Source: an uncultured Verrucomicrobiae bacterium
GTDB taxonomy: Bacteria > Verrucomicrobiota > Verrucomicrobiia > Chthoniobacterales > JAFAMB01
DNA length: 64,000 nt
Direction of reading: 5' to 3'
Assembly (NCBI GenBank): GCA_963813025.1
Contig: CAWEXO010000011.1
Location: 928,001 to 992,000 of the forward strand
In this document: positions 28,597-39,518 of the stretch, in pieces
How positions within the stretch are numbered: the first letter of the stretch is position 1
How the letters are laid out: the number at the start of each line of letters is the position of its first letter
Made by a program: the position numbers and the translations under genes
The notes under the pieces: model-generated
The model's input: only the letters and a program-made list of their open reading frames with translations
Told to the model about the DNA's origin: nothing
Database searches by the model: none

Positions 28597-29850
28597 ATGC
28601 CTACCTCTACGCACGAGATCGAGACGCCCGACACGCTTGGACAAACGGCGAAGTCGCTCGAAGCGATCGAGGACGCGGAGTTTCTTGGCGAAAAGCTCAC
28701 AATCAACATGGGTCCGTCCCATCCTGCGACCCACGGCGTATTGCGCATAGTGCTTGAGCTCGACGGTGAAATCATTACCAAGGCGACGCCGGATGTGGGC
28801 TATCTCCATCGAGGCGATGAAAAGATCGCGGAAAACATGCAGTACAACCAATTCGTGCCCTATACCGATCGGCTCGATTATCTTGCGCCGCTGGCAAATA
28901 ACGTGGCCTACACTCTGGCCGTCGAGAAGTTGATGGGTTGGGAGCTGCCGCCACGAGGCAAAGCGATCCGGGTGATTTGTTGCGAGATCGCGCGCATCTC
29001 CGCGCATCTGCTTGGTTTGGGCGCCTTTGCGATGGACGTAGGCGCCACGACAGTCTTCCTTTATACCTTTACCGAGCGCGAAAAGCTCTACAATCTCATC
29101 GAGTTGCTCACCGGAGCACGGTTCACGACATCCTATACGCGAGTAGGCGGTCAAATCAGGGACCTGCCGGAAACTTTCGTCCCCAGCCTGACCAAGTTTT
29201 TAAACGACTTTATCCCGCAACTCGATGAGATTGACCGGCTTTTGACGCGGAATCGGATCTGGGTCGACCGGACGCGGAATCTCGGCATTATCTCCAAGGA
29301 GGACGCCATCGCCTACGGCTTAACCGGTCCCAATCTGCGGGCCAGCGGCGTCGATTACGATGTGCGAAAAGCTCATCCTTACCTCGATTACCAGAACTAT
29401 GACTTCGATCTGCCGGTGGGAACGGTGGGCGACGCCTATGATCGTTATCTGGTCCGAATCGAAGAGATGCGCCAAAGCGTAAAGATTCTCCGGCAGGTGG
29501 TCGAAAAGTTACCGAGCGGCCCAATAGCGGTGGCGGATCCCAAGAATCTGCCTCCGCGCAAGCCTGACGTGTTAATGAAAATGGAGGAGTTGATCCATCA
29601 TTTCATTATCCACACCGAAGGTGTGGACGCTCCGCCGGGCGAAATCTATTTCGGTGCGGAAAACCCAAAAGGTGAGCTGGGATTTTATATCAATAGCAAA
29701 GGGGGCGGGGTGCCTCACCGGCTGAAGATTCGTGGCCCGTCCTTTGTGAATTTGAGTATCCTGCCGAAAATCCTGCCGGGTCATATGATGAGTGACGTGG
29801 TTGCTATCCTGGGAAGCTTGGATTTTGTGATGGGCGAGTCGGACCGTTAG
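28597..29850 (+). CDS. nuoD: NADH-quinone oxidoreductase subunit D
   Basis: NMGPSHPATHGVLR, GYLHRG, DRLDY, ENPKGELG, DFVMGESDR. Confidence 0.96.
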   Translation: MPTSTHEIETPDTLGQTAKSLEAIEDAEFLGEKLTINMGPSHPATHGVLRIVLELDGEIITKATPDVGYLHRGDEKIAENMQYNQFVPYTDRLDYLAPLANNVAYTLAVEKLMGWELPPRGKAIRVICCEIARISAHLLGLGAFAMDVGATTVFLYTFTEREKLYNLIELLTGARFTTSYTRVGGQIRDLPETFVPSLTKFLNDFIPQLDEIDRLLTRNRIWVDRTRNLGIISKEDAIAYGLTGPNLRASGVDYDVRKAHPYLDYQNYDFDLPVGTVGDAYDRYLVRIEEMRQSVKILRQVVEKLPSGPIAVADPKNLPPRKPDVLMKMEELIHHFIIHTEGVDAPPGEIYFGAENPKGELGFYINSKGGGVPHRLKIRGPSFVNLSILPKILPGHMMSDVVAILGSLDFVMGESDR

Positions 29851-30144
29851 ATGCGCCTTCATCTGTTGATGACGGGATTTTGCGTTTGCCTGGCCGTGGC
29901 CGGGTGCCAGAGGGAGATCGCAAACCGAAATCTTAAGCAGGTGCGGTTAAACATGTCACCAAAGGAAGTGGAATCCATTCTGGGACAGCCCAATCGAACC
30001 GACAAAATTGAGCTGGATCTCGAGACGGAAAAGAAAAACATCACCATCACCCGTTACTATTATGAGCAGGATGGGCAGCAAATCGTTCTGCACTTCCAAG
30101 CTGGAAAGCTCCTGAACACGCCGGATCCACTGCATCGCAACTGA
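29851..30144 (+). CDS. Small lipoprotein, SmpA/OmlA (BamE)-like motif
   Basis: Lipobox LAVAGC; QVRLNMSPKEVESILGQP; starts immediately after the nuoD stop. Confidence 0.75.
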   Translation: MRLHLLMTGFCVCLAVAGCQREIANRNLKQVRLNMSPKEVESILGQPNRTDKIELDLETEKKNITITRYYYEQDGQQIVLHFQAGKLLNTPDPLHRN

Positions 30145-30147
30145 ACC

Positions 30148-30642
30148 ATGGAAATTCCCGCCGAGCTTACCGCGAAAATTGATGAGGCCATCAGCCATTA
30201 TCCGGTTTCCAAACGCAGCGCCACGTTGCCCTTGCTGCATTTGCTTCAGGAGCATTTCGGATTTCTCAGCCATGAAGCGATAAATTGGGTCGCCGCCAAG
30301 CTGGAGATCGAGCCGATAAACGTGCTCGAGCTGGTCACCTTTTACCCCATGTTTCGGCAGGAGATGCCGGGGAAGCACCATATCCGCGTCTGCCGAACGC
30401 TATCTTGCGCGATGGCCGGCAGCTACGATTTAATGGGCGCTTTCTGCCGGCACGCCCAGATCAAACCGGCCGGCTCGAATCATGGTTCGCAGTTGCAGAA
30501 GAGTGAGGACGGACGGTACAGCATTGAGTTTGTCGAATGTCTCGCCAGTTGCGGATTCGGCCCGGTCTGCATGATCAATGACGATTTTTACGAGGCCGTC
30601 GCGAACGAACAGGTGCCTGAACTTCTCCAGAAATATCAGTAG
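30148..30642 (+). CDS. nuoE: NADH-quinone oxidoreductase subunit E
   Basis: TFYPMF, CRTLSC, ECLASCGFGP (2Fe-2S N1a). Confidence 0.95.
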   Translation: MEIPAELTAKIDEAISHYPVSKRSATLPLLHLLQEHFGFLSHEAINWVAAKLEIEPINVLELVTFYPMFRQEMPGKHHIRVCRTLSCAMAGSYDLMGAFCRHAQIKPAGSNHGSQLQKSEDGRYSIEFVECLASCGFGPVCMINDDFYEAVANEQVPELLQKYQ

Positions 30643-30644
30643 CC

Positions 30645-32013
30645 ATGGCCCCAGTATTGCGCACACCGCATCCCCGGGAACACCGGATTATTTTCAAGAA
30701 CATCGATCGGCCCGGATGGATCACCGATATCGAATGCTATCTCAAGGAGGGCGGTTACGAAGATCTCAAAAAAGCCCTCGGGATGGCTCCAGCGCAAATC
30801 GTTGCCGAAGTAAAAGCTTCCGGCTTGCGCGGACGAGGCGGCGCCGGTTTTCCCTGCGGCGTGAAATGGGGATTCATTCGTCCGGGCGAGACCAAGCCGG
30901 TCTATCTGATTTGCAATGCGGACGAGTCCGAGCCAGGCACGTTCAAGGACCGCTACATCATTCACCAGGATCCGCACCAGCTCCTCGAGGGGATGATCAT
31001 CTCCTGTTACGCGGTCAACGCGAAACTGGCCTACATCTATATCCGCGGCGAGTTCCCGGAGGGCGCGAAGATCCTGGAGCGAGCCATTCAGGAGGCACGT
31101 GCGCACGGCTTTATCGGCCGAAGATCCTCGGCTCCGGATTCGATCTGGAGATTTACGTGCACCGCGGCGCGGGCGCTTACATTTGCGGGGAAGAGACCGG
31201 GCTGATCGAATCGCTGGAAGGCAAGCGTGCTTATCCGCGGATCAAGCCGCCCTATTTTCCGGCCGTGCTCGGCCTCTACATGTCGCCCACGATCGTCAAC
31301 AACGTGGAGACGCTCTGCCACGTGAAGCACATCGTCCGGATGGGCGGTGCCGAATACGCGAAGATCGGGCGCCCGAACAACACCGGCACCCGCATATTGT
31401 GCGTGAGCGGCGATGTCCAACGCCAGGCTATTACGAGGTGGACATCGGGGGCGTGACCATGGGCGAGCTGATCTACGATATCTGCGGCGGTCTGCGTCCC
31501 GGGCGCAAGCTAAAAGCGGTGATTCCCGGCGGCAGTTCGGCCAAAGTTCTGCGAGCGGACGAACGTTTCAAACTGAAGTCCAAAGGGCCGGATGGCGCGG
31601 TCATCGAGCGCGAGATTGGCCTTGAGGATATCCCGATGGATTTCGATTCGCTGGCCGCGGCCGGTTCAATGGCCGGCTCAGGCGGCGTCATCGTGATGGA
31701 TGATTCGCGCGACATGGTCTGGGTCTTGAACAACATCAACGAATTCTACGCGCACGAGAGTTGCGGCCAATGCACGCCTTGCCGCGAGGGCTCGCTCTGG
31801 ATGAAGAAAATCACCGATCGAATGCGCGATCGCAAGGGGGTAACGCAAGATCCCGCGGTACTGAAAAGCGTCGCTGACAACATTGCGGGCCGCACCATTT
31901 GCGCTTTCGGCGAGGCTTGCGCGTGGCCGACGCAAAGTTTCGTCGAGAAGTTTCAGGAGGAGTTTGCCGAACATACGATTCCGCAGGGGAATGGAAAGGA
32001 GTTGGTACCATGA
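30645..32013 (+). CDS. nuoF: NADH-quinone oxidoreductase subunit F (frameshifts near 31120 and 31422 in this sequence)
   Basis: SGLRGRGGAGF, NADESEPGTFKD / GAGAYICGEET / HESCGQCTPCREG, spread over three ORF-track fragments. Confidence 0.92.
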
Positions 32014-33678
32014 GCGAAGCACCGCCTCTTTTGAATGTCCAGATTGACGGCGTCTGGCACCAATTCCCGAAGGGCACCCGAGTGATCGAAGCCTGCGCTC
32101 AGGCCGGCAAATTTGTTCCGCGCTACTGTTACCATCCGAAGCTGAGTTCTCCGGGCAATTGCCGGATGTGCCTGATCGAAATGGGCATGCCAAAGATGGG
32201 GCCGGAGCGCAAGCCGGAGCTCGGCCCGGACGGCAAGCCGGTCATCAACTGGATCCCGCGGCCCCAGATATCCTGCGCGCAGGATGTCGCGGAAGGCATG
32301 GGCGTTCGCACCGATTCGCCGATGGTCCGGGAGTGCCGGAAGGGCGTGATGGAGTTTCTTCTAATCAATCACCCGCTCGATTGCCCGATCTGCGATCAGG
32401 CCGGCGAATGCCGACTCCAGGAGTTCAGCGTCCAGTATGGGACGGGCGGCTCGCGGTTCCTCGAAGAAAAAGTCAAAAAACCGAAACGGGTCGAGCTCGG
32501 GCCGCGCGTCACTCTGGACGACGAGCGCTGCATCCTTTGCTCCCGCTGCATCCGTTTCATGAAGGAGATCGCCAGGACGACGTGCTCGGGTTTGCCAGCG
32601 CGGCAGCTACACCTACCTGACTGCTCATCCTGGGAAGCGGCTCGACAGCAATTACTCTCTGAATACGGTCGATATCTGTCCGGTCGGCGCGCTCACCAGC
32701 ACCGATTTCCGCTTCAAGATGCGCGTCTGGTTTCTGAAGGAGACCAAGAGCATCTGCACCAGCTGCGCCACCGGCTGCAACACGATCATCGGCAGCCGCG
32801 AAGACGTCATCTACCGGCAAACGCCGCGCGAGAACGACAAGGTGAACTCCTGCTGGATGTGCGACTACGGGCGTTTGAATTTTCATTACGTCAACTCGAA
32901 AAATCGATTGACCGAACCGCAGGTTCGTTCGGCGGATGGGCTGGGTCGAGCCAGCTGGGTATCCGCTCTGGCCCGCGTGGTTAATGAACTGAAGCGTTTT
33001 CCAGATTCGGAAATCGCCGTGATCGCTTCCGCCCGGATGACTAACGAGGAACTCTGGTTGGCCAAGCGCCTGGCCGAGGCGCTCAAGACCGGGTTGATCG
33101 ATATCGTGCCCCGAACCGGCGCAGCGGACGATCTTCTGCTAAACGCCGATCGCAACCCGAACACAGCCGGCGCGAAACTGTTGGGCGTTACGACGGAGCC
33201 TGGGGCGAGGCTTGGAACAATCCTGGAGCGCGTCCGCGCGGGTCAGATCAAGGCCGTGCTGGCTCTTGGAGAGGATCTTACCGACTGCGGGTTTTCTCCG
33301 GAGGACATGGCTCGATTGCCTGTCCTTATCGCGATGAATTCCTTGTCGAGTATGACCACGACGCATGCTGCGGTGGTTCTGCCGAGCGCTACTTTTGCCG
33401 AGAAGCGCGGCACGATGATCAACGCGACCGGACGGTTACAGCGGCTGAATCGCGCAATCCGTTCGCCTGGGGAGGCGAGAGATGACTGGGAAATCCTCCG
33501 CGATCTGATTCAACAATTGACCGGTTCGAACGGGATCTATCTGATAGAGGATGTGTTCAAACAAATGGCGGAATCCATCCCGCAATTGCATGGCCTCACC
33601 TTGAGCAGAGTGGGCGATCTGGGTTGCGAGATCCTGAAGCCGAGCACCGCCGAACAACCTGAGGCGGCGCCCGTATGA
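32010..33678 (+). CDS. nuoG: NADH-quinone oxidoreductase subunit G (frameshifted at about 32570-32600)
   Basis: CYHPKLS..GNCRMC, NHPLDCPICDQAGEC, CILCSRCIRF, CTSCATGC; two frames. Confidence 0.92.
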
Positions 33679-34875
33679 ACGACCTCTTTTGGCTCATTGT
33701 GCTTTCCCTGATAAAGACCTTGGGCCTGCTGTTCCTGGTCATTCTTCCCATGGTCTCCTACACCGTTTATGCCGAACGAAGAGTGAGCGCTTTCATTCAG
33801 GATCGGGTCGGTCCAAACAGGGTAGGCATTCCGCTCACTCTGTTCGGTTTCCGCCGCGACATACCATTTTTTGGATTGGTTCAACCAATCGCCGATGCCA
33901 TGAAACTTCTCCTGAAAGAGGATTTCACGCCGGCGCACGTCAATCGCTTTTACTATTGGCTTGCGCCGGCCTGCGCCATGGCGCCGGCGATCATGGCATT
34001 GGCCGTGATTCCTTTCGGCAGCAGCCTGGCCGGGCAACCGATGGTTGTCGCCAACGTAAATATCGGTGTTCTCTGGGTGTTCGCGGTTTCCTCTTTAGGA
34101 GTTTACGGCATCGTGCTCGCCGGTTGGTCGTCCAATTCGAAGTACTCGTTTCTGGGAGGAATCCGTTCCAGCTCGCAGATGATCTCCTATGAGTTGGCTC
34201 TGGGCCTGTCGGTAATACCCATTTTCCTGATCTGCGGCACTCTTAACCTCCGGACATCGTTCAGTTCCAGATCCAGCATGGCTGGCTGATCTCACCGATC
34301 TGGATCAAGGGCATAAGTCTGTCTCATCCGGATTTCCCGGCGATCTGGCCTCGGTTTTCTCGTGGCAAGCGCTCTGGCGAGTGCTTTTCTGGATTCCGCT
34401 TTTCGTCTGTTTCGTAGTCTTCACGGTGTCTATGTTTGCTGAAACAAACCGGCTTCCCTTTGATTTGCCGGAATCAGAGACCGAATTGGTAGCCGGATAT
34501 CACACCGAATATTCGTCCATGAAGTTTGCGCTCTTCTTCCTGGGAGAATATGCCGCGATGATCACGGGATCAGCTGTGATCGTCACGCTCTTTTTCGGTG
34601 GCTGGCATGTGCCTTTTTTACCAGCCGATCCAAATACCTTGCCTTTTTGGGGCGGCATCCTGCTCGGGTTGATTCATATTGCCGCGTTCTTCATCAAGGT
34701 AGCGCTGTTGCTTTTCTTCTTTATCTGGGTCCGGTGGACCCTTCCCCGATTTCGCTACGATCAACTCATGCACCTCGGGTGGTATTTTTTCTTTGAGATA
34801 GCGCTGGTCGCGAGCCTGATCGTAGCGATTCTTCTGGCCCTCAACCCGAGCGCTTTTTCTTTGCCGGCTCACTGA
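33675..34875 (+). CDS. nuoH: NADH-quinone oxidoreductase subunit H (frameshifted at about 34250-34360)
   Basis: [56 protein letters not shown]. Confidence 0.92.
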
Positions 34876-34885
34876 AAACGCTACC

Positions 34886-35415
34886 ATGTCCTACAAAGTT
34901 CCAAGAAAAGAATTGAGCCCGGCCGAGAAGACCTATCTGCCGGCGGTTTTCACAGGCTTGGGAATTACTATCCGGCACCTGCTGGCAATCGTGACTGGTA
35001 AGAAAAAGGTGACAATGCAGTATCCCGAAGAGAAATGGGATATGTCGCTACCTGCCCATTACCGGGGAGCGCCAACCTGGTGGCCGACGAATACGGACGG
35101 GAACGTTGCGTGGCTTGCCAGCTTTGCGAATTTATCTGTCCGCCTCGCGCAATTACTATCAAGCCCGGAGAGATCCCCAAAGCCGATCGCTGGCGCAAGG
35201 TAGAGAAATATCCGGAAGAGTTCGAGATCGACATGATCCGCTGCATTTACTGCGGCCTTTGCGAGGAAGTCTGCCCGGAACAGGCGATTTTCCTCCGGAA
35301 GGATTACGCCATCACTGGTCTGACCCGGGCGGAGATGGTGCACGACAAAGCAAAGTTGTATGAACTGGGCGGCGTTATGACCGGGTTAGTGAACAAGTGG
35401 AACGAGAAAAAATAA
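34886..35415 (+). CDS. nuoI: NADH-quinone oxidoreductase subunit I (frameshift near 35072)
   Basis: TMQYPEE...YRG / RCVACQLCEFICP, RCIYCGLCEEVCP. Confidence 0.92.
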
Positions 35416-35419
35416 CCTA

Positions 35420-35923
35420 ATGTCTCCTGTTCTCTTTTGGACCTTTGCCGCGATCATGCTGGGATTCGCGCTGATGGTCGTAATTCATCGCAACCCGGTG
35501 GCCAGCGCACTCAGTCTCGTGGTTAGTTTTCTCGGTCTGGCGGTGATGTTCGTTTCGCTGGATGCCTATTTTATCGGCGTCATCCAGATCCTGGTTTATG
35601 CCGGGGCGGTCATGGTGCTTTTTCTTTTTATTATCATGCTGCTCGATCTCAAGGCGGAGAACCGGCGGCAACTCAACCTCCCAGCGCTCTTCGGCGGAGT
35701 GATCGTGATCGCGCTTTTCGTAAAAATCCTTTTCGACGTGGCCTATAAATTTCAATCGGGCCGGGCCGTCTTTCCGCCAATCGATGTTTCCCGGCATCCA
35801 GACGTCTGGAGCATCGGAATGACCTTATTCCAGGAATACAACATTCCTTTCCAGGTAGTGGGTGCCCTGGTCATGGTGGCATCGATCGGGGTCGTCTTGC
35901 TGAGCAAACGTGAACTGCGCTAA
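35420..35923 (+). CDS. nuoJ: NADH-quinone oxidoreductase subunit J
   Basis: NPVASAL, QILVYAGAVMVLFLFIIMLL. Confidence 0.95.
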   Translation: MSPVLFWTFAAIMLGFALMVVIHRNPVASALSLVVSFLGLAVMFVSLDAYFIGVIQILVYAGAVMVLFLFIIMLLDLKAENRRQLNLPALFGGVIVIALFVKILFDVAYKFQSGRAVFPPIDVSRHPDVWSIGMTLFQEYNIPFQVVGALVMVASIGVVLLSKRELR

Positions 35924-35926
35924 GAA

Positions 35927-36244
35927 ATGGTTACTCTGAACGACTACCTGCTGGTGAGTGGACTGCTGTTCGCCATCGGGTTTGGCGGCGTTCTTTTGCG
36001 GCGCAATATCATCATCATTTTTATGGCACTGGAGCTGATGCTCAATGCCGCGAACCTGTCGTTGGTTGGCTTTTCGCGATTCGACGTCCGGAACGGTTTG
36101 CCGCATTACGGCGCGCAGGTTCTGGTATTCTTTATCATTACCGTGGCGGCCGCTGAAGTAGCGGTGGGGCTGGCGATTATCGTGGCCCTTTATCGAGCCA
36201 AGCAAACAACCCACGTCGAGGATATCACGAGTTTGAAATTCTGA
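35927..36244 (+). CDS. nuoK: NADH-quinone oxidoreductase subunit K
   Basis: [20 protein letters not shown]. Confidence 0.95.
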   Translation: MVTLNDYLLVSGLLFAIGFGGVLLRRNIIIIFMALELMLNAANLSLVGFSRFDVRNGLPHYGAQVLVFFIITVAAAEVAVGLAIIVALYRAKQTTHVEDITSLKF

Positions 36245-38037
36245 TGAATTCCGCACCCTGGATCGTTCTTTTCCCGCCGCTGGTTGCCGCGACCCTGATT
36301 GTCCTGTTCACCCAGCGCTCCAAAGCAGTCAGCTCTTTCCTTTCCGTCGCGGCGGTTGCCGTATCGTTTCTCGCGGCAGTCGTCGTTTTTCGCCAACCAG
36401 ACGGCGTGGCCAGTATCGATTGGATCAATCTCGGAGCCTTTCAGGTCAGAATGGGTTATAAAATCGACGAGATCAGCCGAATGATGCTGCTGGTTGTGAC
36501 CGGCGTCGGTCTGCTTATCCATATCTACTCCCTGGGGTACATGCGGGACGATAGCGGCCGATCCCGTTACTTCGCTGGATTGTCGCTCTTCATGTTCTCC
36601 ATGTTAGGAATCGTGCTCGCGAACAATTTTATCATGATGTTCATCTTCTGGGAGCTGGTCGGCGTTAGTTCCTATATCTTGATTGGGCATTGGTTCGAAC
36701 GGAACTCCGCGGCCGATGCGGCAAACAAAGCGTTCCTGGTTAACCGGATCGGCGACTTTGGGTTCATGCTCGGAATCCTGATGGCCTGGTTGCCCACAGG
36801 CACCGTGATGTTCGATGAACTGGGCGCCAAATGGGCCAATATCGGACTACACCCCGCTTACCTGACGGTCACCGCGCTGCTCATTTTTTGCGGAGCCGTC
36901 GGGAAATCGGCGCAATTCCCGCTCCATGTGTGGTTGCCGGACGCAATGGAAGGTCCTACTCCAGTCTCTGCTTTAATCCACGCGGCAACCATGGTTGCCG
37001 CGGGCGTTTACATGCTCGCCCGAGTCTTTTTTATCTTCGCGCCGGCGCCACCCGCGCTTGCGGTGGTCCTCTGGATCGGCTTGTTCACCTCGCTGCTGGC
37101 GGCCCTGATGGCAACGCAGCAGGACGACATCAAGCGGGTGCTCGCCTACTCCACACTTTCTCAGTTGGGTTTGATGATCGCCGCGATCGGGCTTTCGGTG
37201 CCCGCTGCCGGCTTATTCCATCTCTTCACGCACGCCGCTTTCAAAGCGCTCCTCTTCCTTGGCGCCGGCTCAGTCATTCATTGTTTACACCACGAACAAG
37301 ATATTTGGCATATGGGCGGCTTACAAAAGAAAATGCCCGTCACGTTCTGGACTTTTCTGGTCGGCACCTTGGCGCTCTGCGGATGCCCGCCTTTTGCCGG
37401 ATTTTTCAGCAAGGACGGTATCGTCGCGGCGGGTTTTCAGCATAATCCCGCAGCGGCGATCATGGTGGCGATCATTTCGTTCTTCACCGCTTTTTATATG
37501 TTCCGCCTGTTCATGGTCGCTTTCCTCGGATCGCAGCGTTCTCCAGCGGCCGAGCATGCTCATGAGTCGCCGCTGGTGATGACAATTCCTTTGCTCATCT
37601 TGGCGATACCGAGTGTCATTGCCGGTTTTCCGGCCATCGCGAACCGGTTTATTCACGTACCGGAGCACGAGGGAAGTTCGGCGATCACTGCCATTACGCT
37701 TTCGTTGTCTGTTTTCGTGCTTGGCACCCTGGCCGCGGTGGTTCTTTACCGGAACAAGGCCAAAGACCCGATTGAAATCCCGCTCTTTGCGAACCGGTTT
37801 TACATCGACCAGTTTTATCAATCCCTGGTCAAGTGGACCCAGGATCTTTTGGCCGGCGTCGCTGCTTTCATCGACCGCTGGATCATTGATGGAGGAATTG
37901 TCCGTGGGTTAGGCGGTGCTACCTGGGGGACTGGGTTTGCCCTCCGATTTTTGCAGGTGGGAAATCTGCAGGCCTACGTGTTTTTGTTCGGGTTCGGAGT
38001 CGTGATTCTTCTTTACTGGATTCTTTTCACCCCATGA
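36244..38037 (+). CDS. nuoL: NADH-quinone oxidoreductase subunit L
   Basis: WELVG, NRIGDFG, GKSAQFPLHVWLPDAMEGPTPVSALIHAATMV, HAAFKALLFL. Confidence 0.96.
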   Translation: MNSAPWIVLFPPLVAATLIVLFTQRSKAVSSFLSVAAVAVSFLAAVVVFRQPDGVASIDWINLGAFQVRMGYKIDEISRMMLLVVTGVGLLIHIYSLGYMRDDSGRSRYFAGLSLFMFSMLGIVLANNFIMMFIFWELVGVSSYILIGHWFERNSAADAANKAFLVNRIGDFGFMLGILMAWLPTGTVMFDELGAKWANIGLHPAYLTVTALLIFCGAVGKSAQFPLHVWLPDAMEGPTPVSALIHAATMVAAGVYMLARVFFIFAPAPPALAVVLWIGLFTSLLAALMATQQDDIKRVLAYSTLSQLGLMIAAIGLSVPAAGLFHLFTHAAFKALLFLGAGSVIHCLHHEQDIWHMGGLQKKMPVTFWTFLVGTLALCGCPPFAGFFSKDGIVAAGFQHNPAAAIMVAIISFFTAFYMFRLFMVAFLGSQRSPAAEHAHESPLVMTIPLLILAIPSVIAGFPAIANRFIHVPEHEGSSAITAITLSLSVFVLGTLAAVVLYRNKAKDPIEIPLFANRFYIDQFYQSLVKWTQDLLAGVAAFIDRWIIDGGIVRGLGGATWGTGFALRFLQVGNLQAYVFLFGFGVVILLYWILFTP

Positions 38038-39512
38038 GCTTTCTCGTTCACCTCGCTTATCTGGCGCCGCTCGTGGCTGGGCTCCTAATCCTCGTGGGTT
38101 CGCCGGTGCAGAAGACGGCGATTGTTGCAGCCATCGCGCAATCGGTGGCTGCGCTGCTCGTTTTTTTAGGCTACGACCGGTCAGTCGCCGGATACCAGTT
38201 TGTCTCCGCACTGCATCTTGTGCCTGTCTGGGATCTGAAATTTATGGTGGGCGTAGACGGTCTCAACGCGACCATGCTCCTGCTGACCGCGCTCGTCACG
38301 CTTGCCGCGGTCAGTGTCTCGCCTCGCCTGGCAGACAGCGGCGATCGATTCATGGCGTGTCTGCTGTTCATCTCAGCCGGCGCGGCCGGAGCTTTCGCCT
38401 CATTGGATCTCTTCTTTTTCTACGCATTCCACGAACTCGCGCTGATTCCGACGTTTTTGATGATCGGAATCTGGGGAACAGGGAATCGGCAGGCCGCTGC
38501 TTGGAAGATCACGATTTATCTCTCCATCGGCAGCATCATCCTTTTGATCGGAATTATCGGACTCTATTTCCTGCCCGACCCGGCGCAGCGGACCTTTGAC
38601 ATCCCGAAGCTTCAGCAAATGGCCGCTGCCGGAGTTTTTACCGGCGCCGGTGCTAAAATAATTTACCTGCTTCTGCTGATCGGCTTTGGCACGCTGATAT
38701 CGCTGTTTCCTTTTCATTCCTGGGCGCCTACCGCTTATGCGTCTGCTCCTGTCCCTGTGGCGATGCTGCATGCTGGCGTGTTGAAAAAATTCGGCTTGTA
38801 CGGCTTGCTGCGGATCGCGCTACCGTTGATGCCGCAGGCTGCCCAGGCATGGACCTGGCTGCTCTTGACCCTGATTATCGGGAATATTTTGTTCGTAGGT
38901 CTCGCGACGATCGCGCAGAAGCAGCTCGATCTCACTCTGGGTTACTCCAGCGTCATGCACATGGGATACATCTTCCTGGGCTTGGCGGCGTACAATGTGA
39001 TTGGGTTGAACGGTGCGGCTCTGCTGATGCTCGCCCATGGGCTTTCGATTGCTGCGCTGTTTGCTATCAGTGGGGAGATCAGGAAACAGACTGGCACCCT
39101 GGATTACCGGGATCTGGGCGGTTTGGCCCAGAGTATGCCGGCGCTCGGATTTATGTTTGGGCTGGCGACCTTTGCCTCGATCGGATTGCCGGGCTTTGCA
39201 AACTTCGCTTCAGAATTGCTCGTCTTTTTCGGCGCTTTCCGGAACGGAATACCTGGGGGAGCACTCGGCCCGATGCAGTGGGCGACAGTCATCGCCCTCT
39301 GGGGTGTGGTGATCTCGGCGGTTTATATGCTGCGGGCCTACCGAGCCATTTTCTTTGGCGATCGCCCCGCTCGCTGGGCTGGAACAAAGGACGTCCCGTT
39401 CAGTCTGGGTTGGCCGATTGGAATCCTGCTCGCCGCCCTCTTGGTGGTCGGAATGTTTCCGCAGACCATCTTGCAGGCAATTGAGCCTACGATCCGATTC
39501 TTTGCGAGGTAA
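38034..39512 (+). CDS. nuoM: NADH-quinone oxidoreductase subunit M
   Basis: GVDGL, FHELALIP, FPFHSWAP, YSSVMHMG, GLPGFANF. Confidence 0.95.
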   Translation: MSFLVHLAYLAPLVAGLLILVGSPVQKTAIVAAIAQSVAALLVFLGYDRSVAGYQFVSALHLVPVWDLKFMVGVDGLNATMLLLTALVTLAAVSVSPRLADSGDRFMACLLFISAGAAGAFASLDLFFFYAFHELALIPTFLMIGIWGTGNRQAAAWKITIYLSIGSIILLIGIIGLYFLPDPAQRTFDIPKLQQMAAAGVFTGAGAKIIYLLLLIGFGTLISLFPFHSWAPTAYASAPVPVAMLHAGVLKKFGLYGLLRIALPLMPQAAQAWTWLLLTLIIGNILFVGLATIAQKQLDLTLGYSSVMHMGYIFLGLAAYNVIGLNGAALLMLAHGLSIAALFAISGEIRKQTGTLDYRDLGGLAQSMPALGFMFGLATFASIGLPGFANFASELLVFFGAFRNGIPGGALGPMQWATVIALWGVVISAVYMLRAYRAIFFGDRPARWAGTKDVPFSLGWPIGILLAALLVVGMFPQTILQAIEPTIRFFAR

Positions 39513-39518
39513 GCTTCT

